Positions 1 through 17,844 of a stretch of 64,000 nucleotides of DNA are shown piece by piece; the stretch's first letter is position 1, and every line of letters begins with the position of its first letter. The notes under the pieces are model-generated. The model was not told the DNA's origin and ran no database searches. It saw only the letters and a program-made list of their open reading frames with translations. The stretch lies in assembly GCF_009914755.1 (NCBI RefSeq), contig NC_060930.1. One strand, 5' to 3'. This stretch comes from the human T2T-CHM13v2.0 reference genome, Homo sapiens. A program made the position numbers and the translations under genes.

Positions 1-495
1 ATGGAGAAGATATTTTGGATAAGTTAAGGGCTACTTAAAAGTAGTTGATCTTGCCCTCTGACTAATTTAGGGGCCTGGAGTGGCTGATATCCAAGCCACT
101 GCCACACCAGGCAAAGGGATGTCACAGATAAGTCAGTCAGAACCCCAGTAGTCAGATGCAGGCTCTCAGGAATCATTTTACCAGGATGCCTGAGGTCCTG
201 ACGTGGCTTGTGCAGGGCCCAAAAGTAGCTGGGACTCAGGCTGAGGGCGCTGCCAGAGGAAAGCTCTATTTCTGGGCAGCATAAAGCCTGTGCCAAAGGA
301 CCACAAACTAGGCTAAGTGGGAGTTTTGCCAGGCCTCTGGTAGGTCTACCGCACTGAGTAAGTGATAGTCTTCAGCCCTGAAGCCCCACCGGCCAGAGAG
401 GCCCAGGATCAAAGGGAGAGGCAGAGGAGGAGGACACTGCCTGAGAGACCTAGCATTTTTATCAGAGACTGAACCCTGCCCTGGAGGCCCTGGCT

Positions 496-648
496 CAGTG
501 CCTTTCAAAGTTCCAGTTGCATGAAGGCCACCCGGAGATCTTACAAAATGCAGATTTGGATTCAGTAGGTCTACAGTGGGGCCTGAGACTGGCCAGCCCC
601 CAGCTGAGGCTGGTGCCACTGGGCTCAGGCCTCACTTTGAATAGCAAG
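496..648. mobile_element. MER5-like hAT-Charlie MITE fragment
   Basis: CAGTG..TCAAA start, 'aaatgcagatt..gattcagtaggtct..gtggggcctgaga' core and 'cactttgaatagcaag' end resemble MER5A/B. Confidence 0.65.
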
Positions 649-771
649 ATTCTTTGTTATTGGATCAAATCGCCGTTGAACTGGACTGGAATGTTAACAA
701 TTTCTTCTATTAGGTAGTGGTGGAGACTCAGGGGGAGAACAAGAGTTGTAGACTCTTAACAGAAATATATA

Positions 772-1197
772 TATATTTGTCAGGGTTTTCCAGAGAAACG
801 AAAACAATAAGATGAGGTTTATTATGAGAATTGGCTCATGCAATCGTGGAGGCTAAGAATTGCCATGACATATAATCTGCAAATTAGAGACCCAGGAAGG
901 TCAATGGAGTAATTCAGACTGAGTCCAAAGGCTTCAGTTAGGAAGAAGGCGGGAGAACACTGATGTCCCAGCTCAAGGGGAGAGAGTGAAAATGTGCCTT
1001 TCTCTGGCTTTTTTGTTCTATTCAGGCCCTCAGTGAATTCGACATTGGTGAGGGCAGATCTTCTTCACTCAGTCCACTGATTCAAATGCTCATCTGCTTT
1101 GAAAACATCCTCACAGACGCACCCAGAAATAAGGCTTTACCAGTTTTCTGGACATTCCTTAACACAATCAAGTTGACAAATAAAATTAACCATTACA
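772..1197 (-). mobile_element. MLT2-family LTR (3' LTR of ERV-L provirus)
   Basis: Minus strand begins TGTAATGGTTAATTTTATTTGTCAACTTGA (MLT2-type start), preceded by the purine-rich PPT 'aagaggtggatt'; AATAAA near the end. Confidence 0.85.
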
Positions 1198-4100
1198 AAT
1201 CCACCTCTTATCAACCTGACACCCATATGTCCCTTAAAACATAATTAATCTCCAAATAAAGACAATAACAAGGTCATAATTTATCCCACAATGATACAAC
1301 TATCCTGCTTGCAACTGAAACTCACTAATCCCTTCCCTGGAAGAGGAGGTAAAGTTCTTGCATAAACTTTACTCTTTGGATATCCTGTAACTTCAATAAT
1401 ATGATGTAAAATTAACAATACTTCAATACTGATATAAAGTCAATACATCTTATGTTACATGATAAGGGAATAAGAGGAAAGAAAATAAAGATATTTACTT
1501 CATATAGGTGTATATATATATACACACAAACATATTGGGAACAAAATAAGGAGGAATACTCATGAAAATGACAGTCCTTTCTGTAACTGGTCACGTGGTC
1601 ATAGCTGGTGTTTATAACTACTTTCTTTTACTGCCCATTTTGTGTTCCCTAAGCCTTCAGCAAACACTTCACCTGGTAATGATTCTTCACCTGGTGGAGT
1701 GACCCAAATATTCATTCGTGAAGGATCTGGGCCATTTATAGCCCTGCCTGAATTGGGTTGCTGTAGTTTCCGTTGACCTTAATACTAAGAGACACACTAA
1801 GGGACCTTTTGCATTCTAGACATACTCTTTCTTATGTCCATGTTGAAGTAGCAGTCTGATTTCCTCTTGGCAGTGCAGATCAATCACCCCAGCCAGCATC
1901 ATTACTCCTCTCTTAGCCTGCTGACCCAGAGGCACGAGGAGTCCAAAGTGGCTGAATGGCAGTCTTAATTTCCAGTTCAATGAACTTGTGTCTGCTGGTG
2001 GAAACATTTCTCCTTCTGGAACTAAGACCTCTAGGCAAGCAGCGAGCATAAATCCTTGGGAACGAGAAGCAAAAATCTTTGCTAGTGGGTCACTAGGGTT
2101 AATAGTCAGTGGTGCCACTATCATTTCCACCCCTTCATTCCTGGACCTGTGAATCCTGGCTGTGGGAGAAATAGAACCATATATTAGATGCTGGTTCCAT
2201 GCATATACAGCCATCTGGAGAACCTTGTCCAGGCTGTGCAAGGTATTACCTCCTACCTGATGCTATAACTGAGTCTTTTTTTTAAAAAAATTATTATTGT
2301 TGTTATTTTTTATCCAGTCATACTCCTGAACCAGAATAGGTTCAAAACGCCTACCAGTAACTGAGTCTATAAAAGGCCATTCCACTGTTCTATTAAGCCA
2401 GCTGCTTCAGGATGGTGGGGAACATGGTCAGAAAGTGAATTCTTGGAGCATGGGCCCTTTGTTCTATCTCTTTCGATGTGTGGTGAGTTCCTTGAATAGA
2501 AGAAATGTTGTGTGGAATACCATGACAGTGGATAAAGCATTCTGAAAGTTCATGGATGGTAGCTGTGGCAGAAGCATTATGTGCAGGGAAGGAAAATCCA
2601 TATCTAGAGTAACTGTCAATTTCAGTAAGAACAAAATGCTGCCCTTCCATGATGAAAATGGTCCAATGTAACAAACATGCCACCAGGCAGCTGGCTGATC
2701 AGCCCCAGGGAATGATGCCATACTGGGAGCTTGATGCTGATCTCCATTGCTGGCAGATTGGGCACTCAGAGGTGACCATAGCCAGGTTAGCCCTGGTGAG
2801 TGGAAGTCCATGTTGCTGAGCCCACGCATAACCTCCATCCCTGCCACCATGTTCCCTTTGTTCATGAGCCCATTGGGTGATGATGGAGTGGCTGGGGAAA
2901 GAGGCTGACTTGTATTCATAGAATGTGTTATCTTATCCACCTGATTATTAAGTCTTTGGTCACCCTTTGGTGCTTTGGTGAACATCTACATGAGGCACAA
3001 GTGTCTTCACATTTTTTTTTTTCTTGCCCATTAAGAGAGGTCTATCTACACACCTCTTTCCCAGATGTCTTGGTTACCAATTTTCCAGTCATGTACCTTC
3101 CAATTCCCTGACCATCCAGCCAAACCATTGGCTACAGCCCATGAATCAGTATATAATCACGTGTCTGGCTATTTCTCCTTCCAACCAAAGTGCACAACCA
3201 TATGCTCTGTCCAGACTTCTGCCCATGGGGAAGATTTCCCTCACTATTGTCCTTCAGCAATGTTCCAGAAAGGGGCTGCTGTCATGCTGCCATTACTGCC
3301 CACTTTCAAGTGGTGCCTGCGTATTGTGCAAAACCACCTGTAAACCAGGTCCAAGTCTCTTCCCTGTGATGGACTTACTTGTGTCTGTAGGGGCTGCTCA
3401 GGCCCTGGTATGTATATACCCCTTCCATTTGATGATGGAGTGCTGCTGTGCATGCCTAACTTTATGGCTTGTTAGGTCCAATGTCAGCCAGTTCATGATG
3501 GAGAGCCCAGATTGCATGGGAACTTGGTGGCTCACGGTCAAGTGTTCAGTTTTTACTAAGGCCCAGTAGCAGGCCAAGAGCTGTTTCTCAAAACGAGGGT
3601 AGTTATCCATGGATGGCAGGGCCTTGCTCCAAAATCCTAAAGGCTTCCATAAGATTGATTTACAGGGCCCTGCCAAAGACTCCAAACAGCATCCCTGTGT
3701 GCCATCGACACCTCAAGCATCATTTTATCTGCTGGATCATATGGCACAAGTGGCAGAGCAGGTTGCATGGCAGCCTGGACCTGTTGCAGGGCCTTCTCCT
3801 GTTCTGGACCCCACTCAAAACCAGCAGCCTTTAGGGTCACTTGTTAATGGGTTGGAGTAACACACCCAAATGTGGAATATGTTGGCTCTCAAATCCAAAT
3901 TTGCCTACCAGGCATTGTGCCTTTTTCTTGGTTGTAGGAGGGGCCAGATACAACAACTTATCTTTCACCTTAGAGGGGATATGTCCCACACCACTGCACC
4001 CCTAGCAATTTCATTAAGAAAGAAGGCCCCCGGATTTTAGTCAGATTTATTTCCTACGCTCTGACATGCAAATGTCTTACCAGTAAGTCTAGAGTAGTTG

Positions 4101-4630
4101 CTACTTCTCACTCACTAGGTTCAATCAGCATAATGTCATCATGTAATGGACCAGTGTGATATCCTGTTGAAGGGAAAGGTAATCAGGATTCCTGTGAACT
4201 AAATGATAAAATAGGGCTGGAGAGTTGATATGTCCTGAAGTAGGAGAGTAAAGGTGCATTGCTGGCCTTGCCAGCTGAAAGCAAACTGATACTGGTGGGC
4301 CTTATGGACAGGGATGGAAGAAAGGGCATTTGCCAAATCAGTAGCTGCATACCATGTACCAGGGATATGTTAATTTGCTCAAGCCATAAAACCACATCTG
4401 GTACAGCAGCTGCAATTGAAGCCACCATTGGTTCTTATGTTATCCTACTGTTATTCTAGAAGCTCCATCTGTCTTCTACACGGGCCAATTAGAGCAGTTA
4501 AATGGGGACATGGTGGGAATCACTACCTTTGCATCTTTCAAGTCATTGATGGTGGCAATAATCTCTGCTTTTCCTCCAGGACTGTAGTATTGCTTTTGGT
4601 TTACCATTTTCCTAGGTAAGGACAGTTCTA

Positions 4631-5209
<579 letters not shown>

Positions 5210-5400
5210 TCATTCAAGAGGTTCTGGGTTTACAGAAACTGGCTGAAATCTGGGAATTGACTGAGAGGCTATGATTCTCTTTATAATTAAAGTTAGACTT
5301 TTGTTCACTTGACCTGAAACTTTTCTGCCTATACAAATCAAGTCAGAATTTAGTAGGCATCCTATCTATTTTAATTCTAGGAGCACCACAACTAGCCAGT

Positions 5401-6219
5401 GCCAATAGTGTGCTAGTGTGCACGAGTCAATAGTGTGCGTGAGTCAATAGTGTGCCAGTTGACAGTGTGCAAGTTGATAGCGTGCACGAGTTGATAGCGT
5501 GCGCCAGTAGATAGTGTGCGGGAGTTGATAGTGTGTGCCAGTTGATAGTGTGCATGAGTCGATAGTGTGCATGAGGTGAATGTGTAACAGTTGATAGTGT
5601 GTGTGAGTCGATAGTGTGCCAGTTGATAGCATGCACTAGTCAATTGTGTGCACGAGTTGATAGTGTGTGTGAGTCAATAGTGTGTAAGAGTTGATCGTGT
5701 GTACAAGTTGATAGTGTGTGTGAGTTGATAGTGTGCGCGAGTTGATAGTGCGTGAGTTGATAGTGTGTATGAGTTGATAGTTTGTGCCAGGTGATAGTGG
5801 GTGAGTTGATAGTGTGCACGAGTTGATAGTGTGCACGTGATAGTGTGTGCACGAGTTGACAGTGTGTGAGTTGATAGTGTGTCAGTTGATAGCATGTGAG
5901 TTGATAGTGTGTGCATGAGTTGCTAGTGCACGAGTTGATTGAGTTGATAGTATGCAAGTTGATAGTGTGCACGAGTTGGTATTGTGTGCAAGTTGATAGT
6001 GTGCACGAGTTGATAGTTGCAGGTTGATAGTGTGTGCACGAGTTAACAGTGTGCAAGTTGATAGTGTGTGCATGAGTTGCTAGTGCGCGAGTTGATTGAG
6101 TTGATAGTGTGCAAGTTGATAGTGTGCACAATTTGATATTGTGCGCGAGTTGATAGTGTGCACGAGTTGATAATGCGTGCGAGTTGATAGTGTGTGCGAA
6201 TTGATAGGGTGCATGAGTC
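5401..6219. repeat. Minisatellite, 15-19-bp unit GAGTTGATAGTGT(GT)GCAC, roughly 45 copies, inside ERV-L gag
   Basis: Directly visible tandem array; higher-order 157-bp periodicity (5898-6014 vs 6055-6171). Confidence 0.95.
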
Positions 6220-8339
6220 AGGCTACTCTGATTACTGGCTTTGCCTGCACTGCCTGTTGCGGTGGCCACGCCCACCTTGCCTTTGGTGATTGAGTGTTGC
6301 CATTTGGCTTCTGCCATCCTGAGATCCAATTACTCTCATTGCCTTGAGATCTTCAAATTGTGTGACTGGGGTCCCACTGTAAGTTCTGATCTACAGAGAA
6401 GACCAGTCCCAGCACTCTTCAGGGACACTCCAAGGACTGTCATCACCGGTTTATTTTTTAAAGCATTTGCCACAGGTATGTCTTCTGGCTCCTCCCAGTG
6501 GAGGTGAGCAGGTCTTTAATGGCAAATCCACTCTGACATTCCAATCTTCCTAAACCCTGGAATCCCATCCCCTACCTTAAATCAAGGGAGATGGGACATT
6601 TTCAGTTTGCTCATGGCGGGCCATTTTTTGACCCACATTTCAGTCAATCAACCCAGCAAACTGTTAGAGCCCTTTCCCTCTCCCTGTGTGCAACACTGCA
6701 CGCAGAATCTCTGTTTGGTGGGCCCACACCAATACAGTTGGCCGGATCCAACTTGATGTTCCTTCTACCATTATCCCATACCCTTGATATCCCTCCCTGC
6801 ACACTCTCCCTGGGTTTCTGTCTGTATAAATTGGAAACATAAAGTAGTTTTTTGCAGTGTAGTGCGCTCCTCACAAGCCACACGTCGACCCTCACCTTTA
6901 GGAACCTGCTGGAACTTGAGTCTGGTCATAGGTCTAGAAGCAAACAGGGGTGAGGGGGGCGGGTTCTGAGGAGAATCAGCATTGCCTTGCATGGCAACTG
7001 CCTCAGGGGAGGCCATTCACATTTCCTCTGGCCATGCAAGGTGAAACCCCTCGTAGGGATGTAGAAAGGCTGGTATCACTGCTGGGTAGGAAGGCCACAT
7101 CTCCCGGGTTGGGGACAGCGCTTCTGCTGGGGCTTGCAAAGGCCACTTTTGCTGATGGTTGCGAGGTCTCTTTCACTGGCAGAAAAGACTCATCAGAATT
7201 TAGGGTCTCAGTGTCCCCAGCTTCATCAGGGTCTTCCCACACATCTCTGATCCAACGGACAGGATTCTATTCTGTCTTAATCAATGCCCTCACTTTACCA
7301 GTCATAGTAACGCAGCCAGTCTCAGTCTATGGCCTTCTTGTATTTATTATGGTGATTTTTTTTCTGTGTGTCTGGTTGTAGGGGGATTTTCACATTGAAA
7401 GCCAAAGGGGCACAGCACAGTCTCTGTCCTTGAGCTGCACCCACTTAACCAAAGTCCTGCCAGGCAGGCCTCTACTCCAGGTCTTCTGACTGCCACGTTC
7501 ATATTGTTTTCACTCTTCACGGTAGCCAGGGATCCCACAGCCAAGGCCTGGGGGAGCACCTGACTAGTCGGTCGGGAAAGACACAGCCCCAAAGAGAAAA
7601 ACCCAGGAGAGAAATTAGAGGGGAAAGGTGTGATCATGTCAGGATTTGATGGCTACACTGTGGTTCCTCTTGGTGACCAAGACCTCAATTCCACGAGCAT
7701 TTGCCAAACACCTTTTAGGGCAGGTAGGTTCCATTCCTATACTGCCATCAATCCATAGGAACACAAGGATGAGAAGAGATAGTCCTGCCTCAGGGGTTTC
7801 CTATCTGTCAGGGAAGGTAGGTGCACAAATAGCCATACTTCTACGGTTCATGTTAATCTTCCTTTATGCAAATCTTCAGAATACAGTGTGGTTGTTTAGA
7901 TAGAATCTAATAGGACCATGTAGGATCTATTGTCTAATAGGTAATTGTGTCATGGAAAAATAAAATGTATTAATTCAACATTTCATGGAAACTTTGCAGC
8001 AGCTTCAATTGGTCCTGTTTGTACCTCTCACCCCACCTTGTGGCCATTTATCTGAGTTGCAAGGTCAGTTCTTGGGTGAATCCTCTTGGAAAATGAATTT
8101 GCAGATCTAAATGTATCTTGAAATGTTACCAAACGTCTCAGAGAATGACAGCCTAACTGTTGAATGGGACATCTTTTGTACTTTGGAGCCCTGGAAACTT
8201 CTCAGTACATTTTGTCTGGCTGTTTTTTGAAACTGAAAAATATTACCTTTTCGCTTAGGTGGTTTTCATGAGTTGATTTCTAAAGAGGAAAGGATCTTTT
8301 AAGTGTTTTTTCCAGCCATGTTTTGTTAGACCAAGACAA

Positions 8340-8460
8340 CCAGAGAGACAGAGAGAGAAAGAAAGAGAGGAAGAGAGAGAAGAAAGGTGAGGAGAGGAGA
8401 GGGGAAGAAAGAGAAAAATTAATAAAATACAAACAGTAAAACAACAACAACAACAAAAGC
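8340..8460 (+). repeat. GA-rich purine tract followed by (AAC)n
   Basis: Low-complexity sequence. Confidence 0.8.
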
Positions 8461-9654
8461 AAAACCAACTATTTTTGAAAGCACTAAATCTTAAATAGCA
8501 CAAAAGTAAGATATTTTGTTCCAAATATATGAAGGCATTATATATGGCTATCCCATCTATCAAGTGCTGTATAGTTTTATGATCAAGACGTATTTATTAA
8601 GTAGCCTTTTTTTCCTACTAGGCATGGTGCAAAGTGAGTTAAGCAGATTAATTCCAAAGGCTTAAAGTAGCAACACCATTATTAAAAGTTACTATTATTC
8701 CAGAAGGAAAAATAAAATAGGAAAAATTAGCAGTTTGTTATTAGGTGTAAATAGTGATAACAAGAACTCAAATACTTGTTGGTGTCAAGAGATCGGGAAT
8801 GGGAACCTTCAGTCTTCAGCCATGATCTTCATCAATTGGTTTTCCCATTATATGAGATTACATTTTGACATTTTCCACTCCAAAGCAACTTTAAGTCCTG
8901 TCTTCCAACCAATTGCTGCTCCTAACTCTCTCCTATAGAAATTGTGGAGCCACCATCTCTAAACATCCTGCCTAACAGGACTTCTAGAAGTTCGCCAAAG
9001 GTCTCCTCAACCCCAGTTCAGTGATATAATTTTGGTTTCTGAAGAGTGTTGACATTTATGGATCGTCTGGTTGGAGAACTAAAGAAATTTCTGGCAAGTG
9101 GATACCACATTGACAAGGTGCTCATCAGCTGGGTGAGTGAGCCAGTTAATTACTCTAGTGTGACTCACAAGCCTGCCAGTCATTAAACAAAGCAGGCTGT
9201 TCATTGTGTTTAACTGCGAGATCTGCCAGACTCAACTCAAAAGGTGGTTTCCTTTAGCTGCAAACTGCGTGCAATTCAGATCTCTCATTCCCATGACCAT
9301 AAGACTGCAGGCTAATGTGAGGTCAAAAAGTATTCAAAATATCTGGCGGAAATGCCTGGTTCATATTTAAAACAAAGGTTTAGTAAAAAGAAAAGATGAA
9401 AATGATTTGAAAGGGACTAATTACAATAACCACAAATGAACCAAATAACAAGTCAAAAATTTAGCAAGAAGTCCCTGAATAGCTACTTCCCTGAGTGGCT
9501 AAGATGGCAGGTTTAAAGAGATGTAATGTGGAAGATTATTTTAATGCCCAGGAGAAAACATATATTTCATTCATAGATAATAGATATAAAATCTAAATCA
9601 GATGGGCTCACAGAGAGAAGAACAGAGAGGTAAGGAAAAAGGAGGCAGTGGAGC

Positions 9655-10150
9655 ACATTCGTTCACTCATTCATTCATTCATTCATTCAGCATTTATTTA
9701 TCGAGTGCCTAAATCTATTCATTCATTCAGCTCAGCATTCATTTGAGTGCAGGTACTCACCTAGGCAAGAATGATACCAAAGCCAGAGAGTCTGTGTTTA
9801 TGGAGCTTCAGCCTAGATGGAGGCAAGAACATGAATAGTGTCAGCTGGGACCATGGCTACTAGGAGAGGTAGCTGTGCCGTATAATATTTTTAAAAGGAA
9901 CAAATAGGCACAGAAAGGCTCCTGAGAAAGTGACACTTGGGTTGAAAGGGGTTAATTCCTAGACAAGAGGAGAAGAGTCCTGCAGGTAGTGGGAACAGCA
10001 TGAGGAAAGGCCCTGTGGCACGAGGAGCCCGGTGAGTACAAGGGCCTGTGAAAGAGCAGTGTGGCTGCGGCGCAGGCTGTGAGCTGGTAGGACCTGGAAG
10101 ATGCAGGGCTCTGAGGGCCGTGTCGGGAGTGAATCGGTAACATGCTCTGT
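9655..10150. mobile_element. L2 3'-end fragment with (ATTC)n
   Basis: (CATT)n followed by 'catttatt..gagtgcct', typical of the L2 tail. Confidence 0.6.
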
Positions 10151-10264
10151 TCCCCTGCTCCTCTCAGAAAGTAAGTAGATCTCCTGCTTAGAGGAATGTG
10201 ACAAGGCAGAAAAGAACTGCAAGGCTCCTCTGGCTTTGGTTTTCATAAAAAAAAGTGTTAGTGG

Positions 10265-10589
10265 GTGCCTAGTGTAGTGGCTCACGCCTGTAATCCCAGC
10301 ACTTTGGGAGGCCGAGGTGGGCAGATGCCTTTGAGTCCAGGAGTTTGAGACCAGCCTGGCCAAAATGGTGAAACCCTGTCCGCCAAAAAATACAAAAATA
10401 AGCCAGGCATTGTGGCTCATGCTTGTAGTTCCGGCTACTACGGAGGCTCAGGTGGGAGGATCACTTGAGCCCAGGAGCTGGAGGTTGCAGTGAGCCGAGA
10501 TCACACCACTGCACTCCAGCCTGGGTGAGAGAGCGAGACCCTGTCTCAAAAATAAAAATAAAAATAAAATAAAATAAAATAAAATAAAA
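10265..10589 (+). mobile_element. Alu with (AAAAT)n tail
   Basis: Alu dimer; flanks aagtgttag / atgtgttag. Confidence 0.93.
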
Positions 10590-11585
10590 TGTGTTAGGGG
10601 AATGCAAGGGACTCCCAATTCAGGAAAAATGTTTAGAAGGTCTCCTTCCATTAAACTTGAAAGAGTTCCCTGGGGGCTGAGGAAGGAAGAGGAAGGTGAG
10701 GAAAGGGGTGGATGTGGGTGCAGAGGATCCCACTGAGAGGGTTCCTGCTCTCCACTCTTCCTAGAGAACCCAGGGTGGTCAGGGGGCTTAGGTGGGAGTG
10801 GGGAAGGCCCACGGGAAGGTCAGGCAGCTGGGGCCTTGGGCAGCCTCACAACATGGCTAAGGGGCATCAGAAAGAGCCACTGAGCCTGGCAGACCATGTG
10901 GTCCCATTGGGGCAGGATGAGGGATGTTTCAGCAGTGACCCAGGAGGACCCGTGACAATCTGGGCCTCTGTCTGGACCCCTCCCCATACACATCATGGGA
11001 GACCCCTAGACTGTAGATCCAGTCCCAGGGAAGGCAGAATCGGGTGCGTGAAATTTACAGATTAACTGGGATGTGATTCTTGCAAATGCAACCATACCGA
11101 GATAACAGAGAGGAAAGGAGGTGGGGGAAGAGAGACCTTTTATTTCTGCACTTCTATAAGCATAGACTACCTCTGGAAAGATAGGCAAAAATCACTGGCT
11201 GTGGTTGTCTTTGGTGAGGGAATACGTGACAAGGGAGATAAACTTTGGCTCTTTGTCCTTTTGAGTTTTGTGACACACGTACCACTTACTTATTTTCAAA
11301 AATGTGAGCAATGTTGAAAATCCTAACACTAGATAGAGATGAATTTGTTTATTTTTTGTGGGGTTTTCAATTTGCTTTAGCAGACGAGAAAACTTAGAAT
11401 CTAGTGCTTTTACCAAGGGGCTCCAACTCGCCTTAGTCGGGGGACTGCAAGTACATATGACTTCAGGAAAAATCTGTGCCACCTGCCTTGTGTAATATAT
11501 TATTGTGTCTTTGTACTTACATAGATCAGTAAGCTATTTCTGATTCTTTCAGTAGAGCACGTGGGATGAAACTTAAATAAGAATA

Positions 11586-11882
11586 GGCCGCATTTGGTGG
11601 CTCATGCCTGTAATCTCAGCATGGGAGGCCGAGGTGGGCAGATCACTTGAGGTCAAGAGTTCAAGACCAGTCTGGCCAACATAGTGAAACCCCATCTTTA
11701 CTAAAAATACAAAAAAAATAGCCTGGCGTGGTGGCACAGGCCTGTAATCTCAGTCCCTCAGGAGCCTGAGACATGAGAATTGCTTGAACCCGGGAGGTGG
11801 AAGTTGCGGTGAGCCAAGATCGTGTCACTGCACTCAAGCCTGGGTGACAGAGTGAGACTCTGTTTCAAAAAAAAAAAAAAAA
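11586..11882 (+). mobile_element. AluS-type element
   Basis: Alu dimer; TSD AAGAATAG. Confidence 0.95.
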
Positions 11883-12952
11883 GAATAGTACTTAAACTTC
11901 TTTTTTAAAAGTTCAATAAGAAAAAGTTCCTGAGTCATTCTAGGTAAGTCAATGCAGTTATATTCCTAGTAATAGTAAAGGATGTTGGGAGATTTTATTG
12001 GCTTGCATGTTACTCCTACTCCAGTTATGATGGTATTTTCTCATTCTATTTCCGACTGTGCTTTAAATTTTTAGAAAGAGGTAGAGGATTCTCATTTATA
12101 TGTATTCTTTCTCATTTCTAAATTGACACCTCCATATGTATGGTACAGGTTGTATGTTTCATTTGCGACAATTATTTAATTATACAGTTTTCACATTTTT
12201 CAGTTAAAAGAGAATACAAGAAAGCAGACGTGAATGGAAAATGCTGACAAACATCTGTGGCATCGGGAGTAGAATTCTGTGATGCCAACCTTTAAAGAAG
12301 GTGCCAGAACTGTGCATCCCTAATCTGGGAAGGACACATTTCTTGCTCTGGAGTTAGCAACAGCGATGTTGCAGTGACTCAACATATAGTTGCTGACTGA
12401 TCAGTGGCATCTTCCGAAGAGATTAGTTGAATTTATTTCTTAAGAATGAAGTCTCAAATGATTTTTCTTTTCTTTTCTTTTTTTAGTACAATGGACCTTT
12501 ATCTCAGAGTTTAAATTTATTTGCAAGTGATCTGAAAAGTCCAAGGTATGTAGCAACATAGACTGGCTTGTGGCTAGGCATTGGGTGTGCTTTAACGCTG
12601 GTGTGCAGGAACAATCCTGTGGCCAGTGAATGAGCCTAGCTGGCTGCTAGCGTGTCCATTGCTACTGGAGTGATCTGTTCTCTATTTATTTCCCCATTTA
12701 CGATAATTATCCATAATGGTCCAAAGAGATCGCTTTGCCTTTTTCCATTAGGCTTACCATATTTGATGAAGAAAATCATACTCTATAAGTGGAACTTGCT
12801 ATTTGGAATTCCTCAAAGGGTCAAGGATCCACTGGTATGTCTTTGAATGAGACACGGAGGAGGGGACCTTAAGTTCCTTTCGCTTATAAATTAAGTATAC
12901 CTATCGCTGAATGCCTCTCCATTCATATGTTGAATAAATGTAGCTGTATTTG

Positions 12953-13234
<282 letters not shown>

Positions 13235-13238
13235 TTAA

Positions 13239-13575
<337 letters not shown>

Positions 13576-13639
13576 TCCATTTTTTTTAACTATCTAAAGA
13601 TTTCCACCCTGCTGAGTCCCATGGCCCTCTCTTCTTTTT

Positions 13640-14330
13640 CTTCTTAGGTTCACCCCATCAATGTTTTCTTCATTCATCTTCTTTCTTTAATTTGATAAGT
13701 CTTCTTGAACTATTGCTCAATTCTGCAGGATTATTCCTGCAGAACATCACATGGAGTGACCATGTAGAAGGGGCCCTCTTAACCACAGCATTTACCATGA
13801 CCTGGATAATGGGCATAGTCAGTGGATTAATAGGAACCCAAATATGTTCTTCCACTCTGCAGCATTTAAAACCATGGATACTGCTCCTAAATTAGTTACT
13901 CTCATAATCCATTTTAAAGTTTCCTCAGGAAGCTGATGATACTAATCTACAAAGTGGAACAATCTCTTCACATTATGCCCTCTGGTTGTATAGTTACTTG
14001 GTTTTGCCCGTCTTTCACATTGACCACCTTCTTGGTAACTACGGGTCTCAAAAGTACCTTCTATTACCCTGGCATGACTTTTCTGTTTGTGGATGGCTTT
14101 GAGGTACTTTGTGTTGCCCTGGCATAATCTTACCCTTGTGTAGGAGTGGCTTTGAGGCTAGTGGCCTGAGCTCAGACAGACTGAAATCTGAGCTTGGTCC
14201 AGCCTTGAGGCTGAGGCCTGGCTCAGTACCCTCTTTTGCCTTCACTTTAGCTATTATAGATAGCAATAACCAAAAGATCATGTATTTAGTGCACTTCTTA
14301 TTAGCTTGCATTTCCTCATGCGTCCAGTGA
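13640..14330 (-). mobile_element. Second class-III (ERVL-like) gag remnant
   Basis: Minus-strand frames read 'LRPVVTKKVVNVKDGQNQ', 'YHQLPEETLKWIMRVTNLGAVSMVLNAAEWKNIFG' and 'PLTMPIIQVMVNAVVKRAP', which resemble ERVL-type gag. Confidence 0.55.
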
Positions 14331-14344
14331 ACCAACTCCCTGCG

Positions 14345-16600
<2,256 letters not shown>

Positions 16601-16864
16601 ATCTCTTTTTTGTTTTGTTTTGTTTTTTGGTCCCCTCTTGTGGCACTGAGGGTGGCAAGAGGAAGGAAAAACAGACAGAAGTAAATGGAAAAACAGAATT
16701 CAGTTGACTCATTTTTGCCTTTGGCTAAATAAAGTAGTCTATGGCTCCTACTGATTGGATGGTTTAGTGAGGCCCTTGGTTGGGCCCCAGGTTGGCCACA
16801 GCCCTGGTGGAGCACTGAGAAGACGTTGGAATTTGACTATAAAGGAAGTAAAAGTCATAAAAAG

Positions 16865-17205
<341 letters not shown>

Positions 17206-17469
17206 CTATTGACTAAAGGGTTCTTATAAAGAATATTTTCCATTCTACTGCAGCAGCTGCTAGCTGCCTTTCCTTACCCCAGTGAGATAGATGGCTCTCA
17301 GTTAACAATCACTTGAAACCTGCCAGCATTTTTGGAGCGTCCCTGTACTCATGTGTTGGTCCACAAGCATCTACATGGGGAACCACACCACTCCACATAG
17401 AAGTGGCTGCCGCCCATGGATTTTCCCCCATGGATACTTCATTCCCTTCACTCATTTCTTGGTCTCTCA

Positions 17470-17844
<375 letters not shown>

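Noticed and set aside
5413-6329. His/Thr/Cys-rich ORFs up to 229 aa (possible metal-binding protein)
   Set aside because: Open in several frames simply because the minisatellite lacks stops on the minus strand; no promoter or splice evidence
7300-9600. Repeat-poor stretch as a possible lncRNA or enhancer
   Set aside because: No supportable motif, exon or structure visible without conservation or expression data
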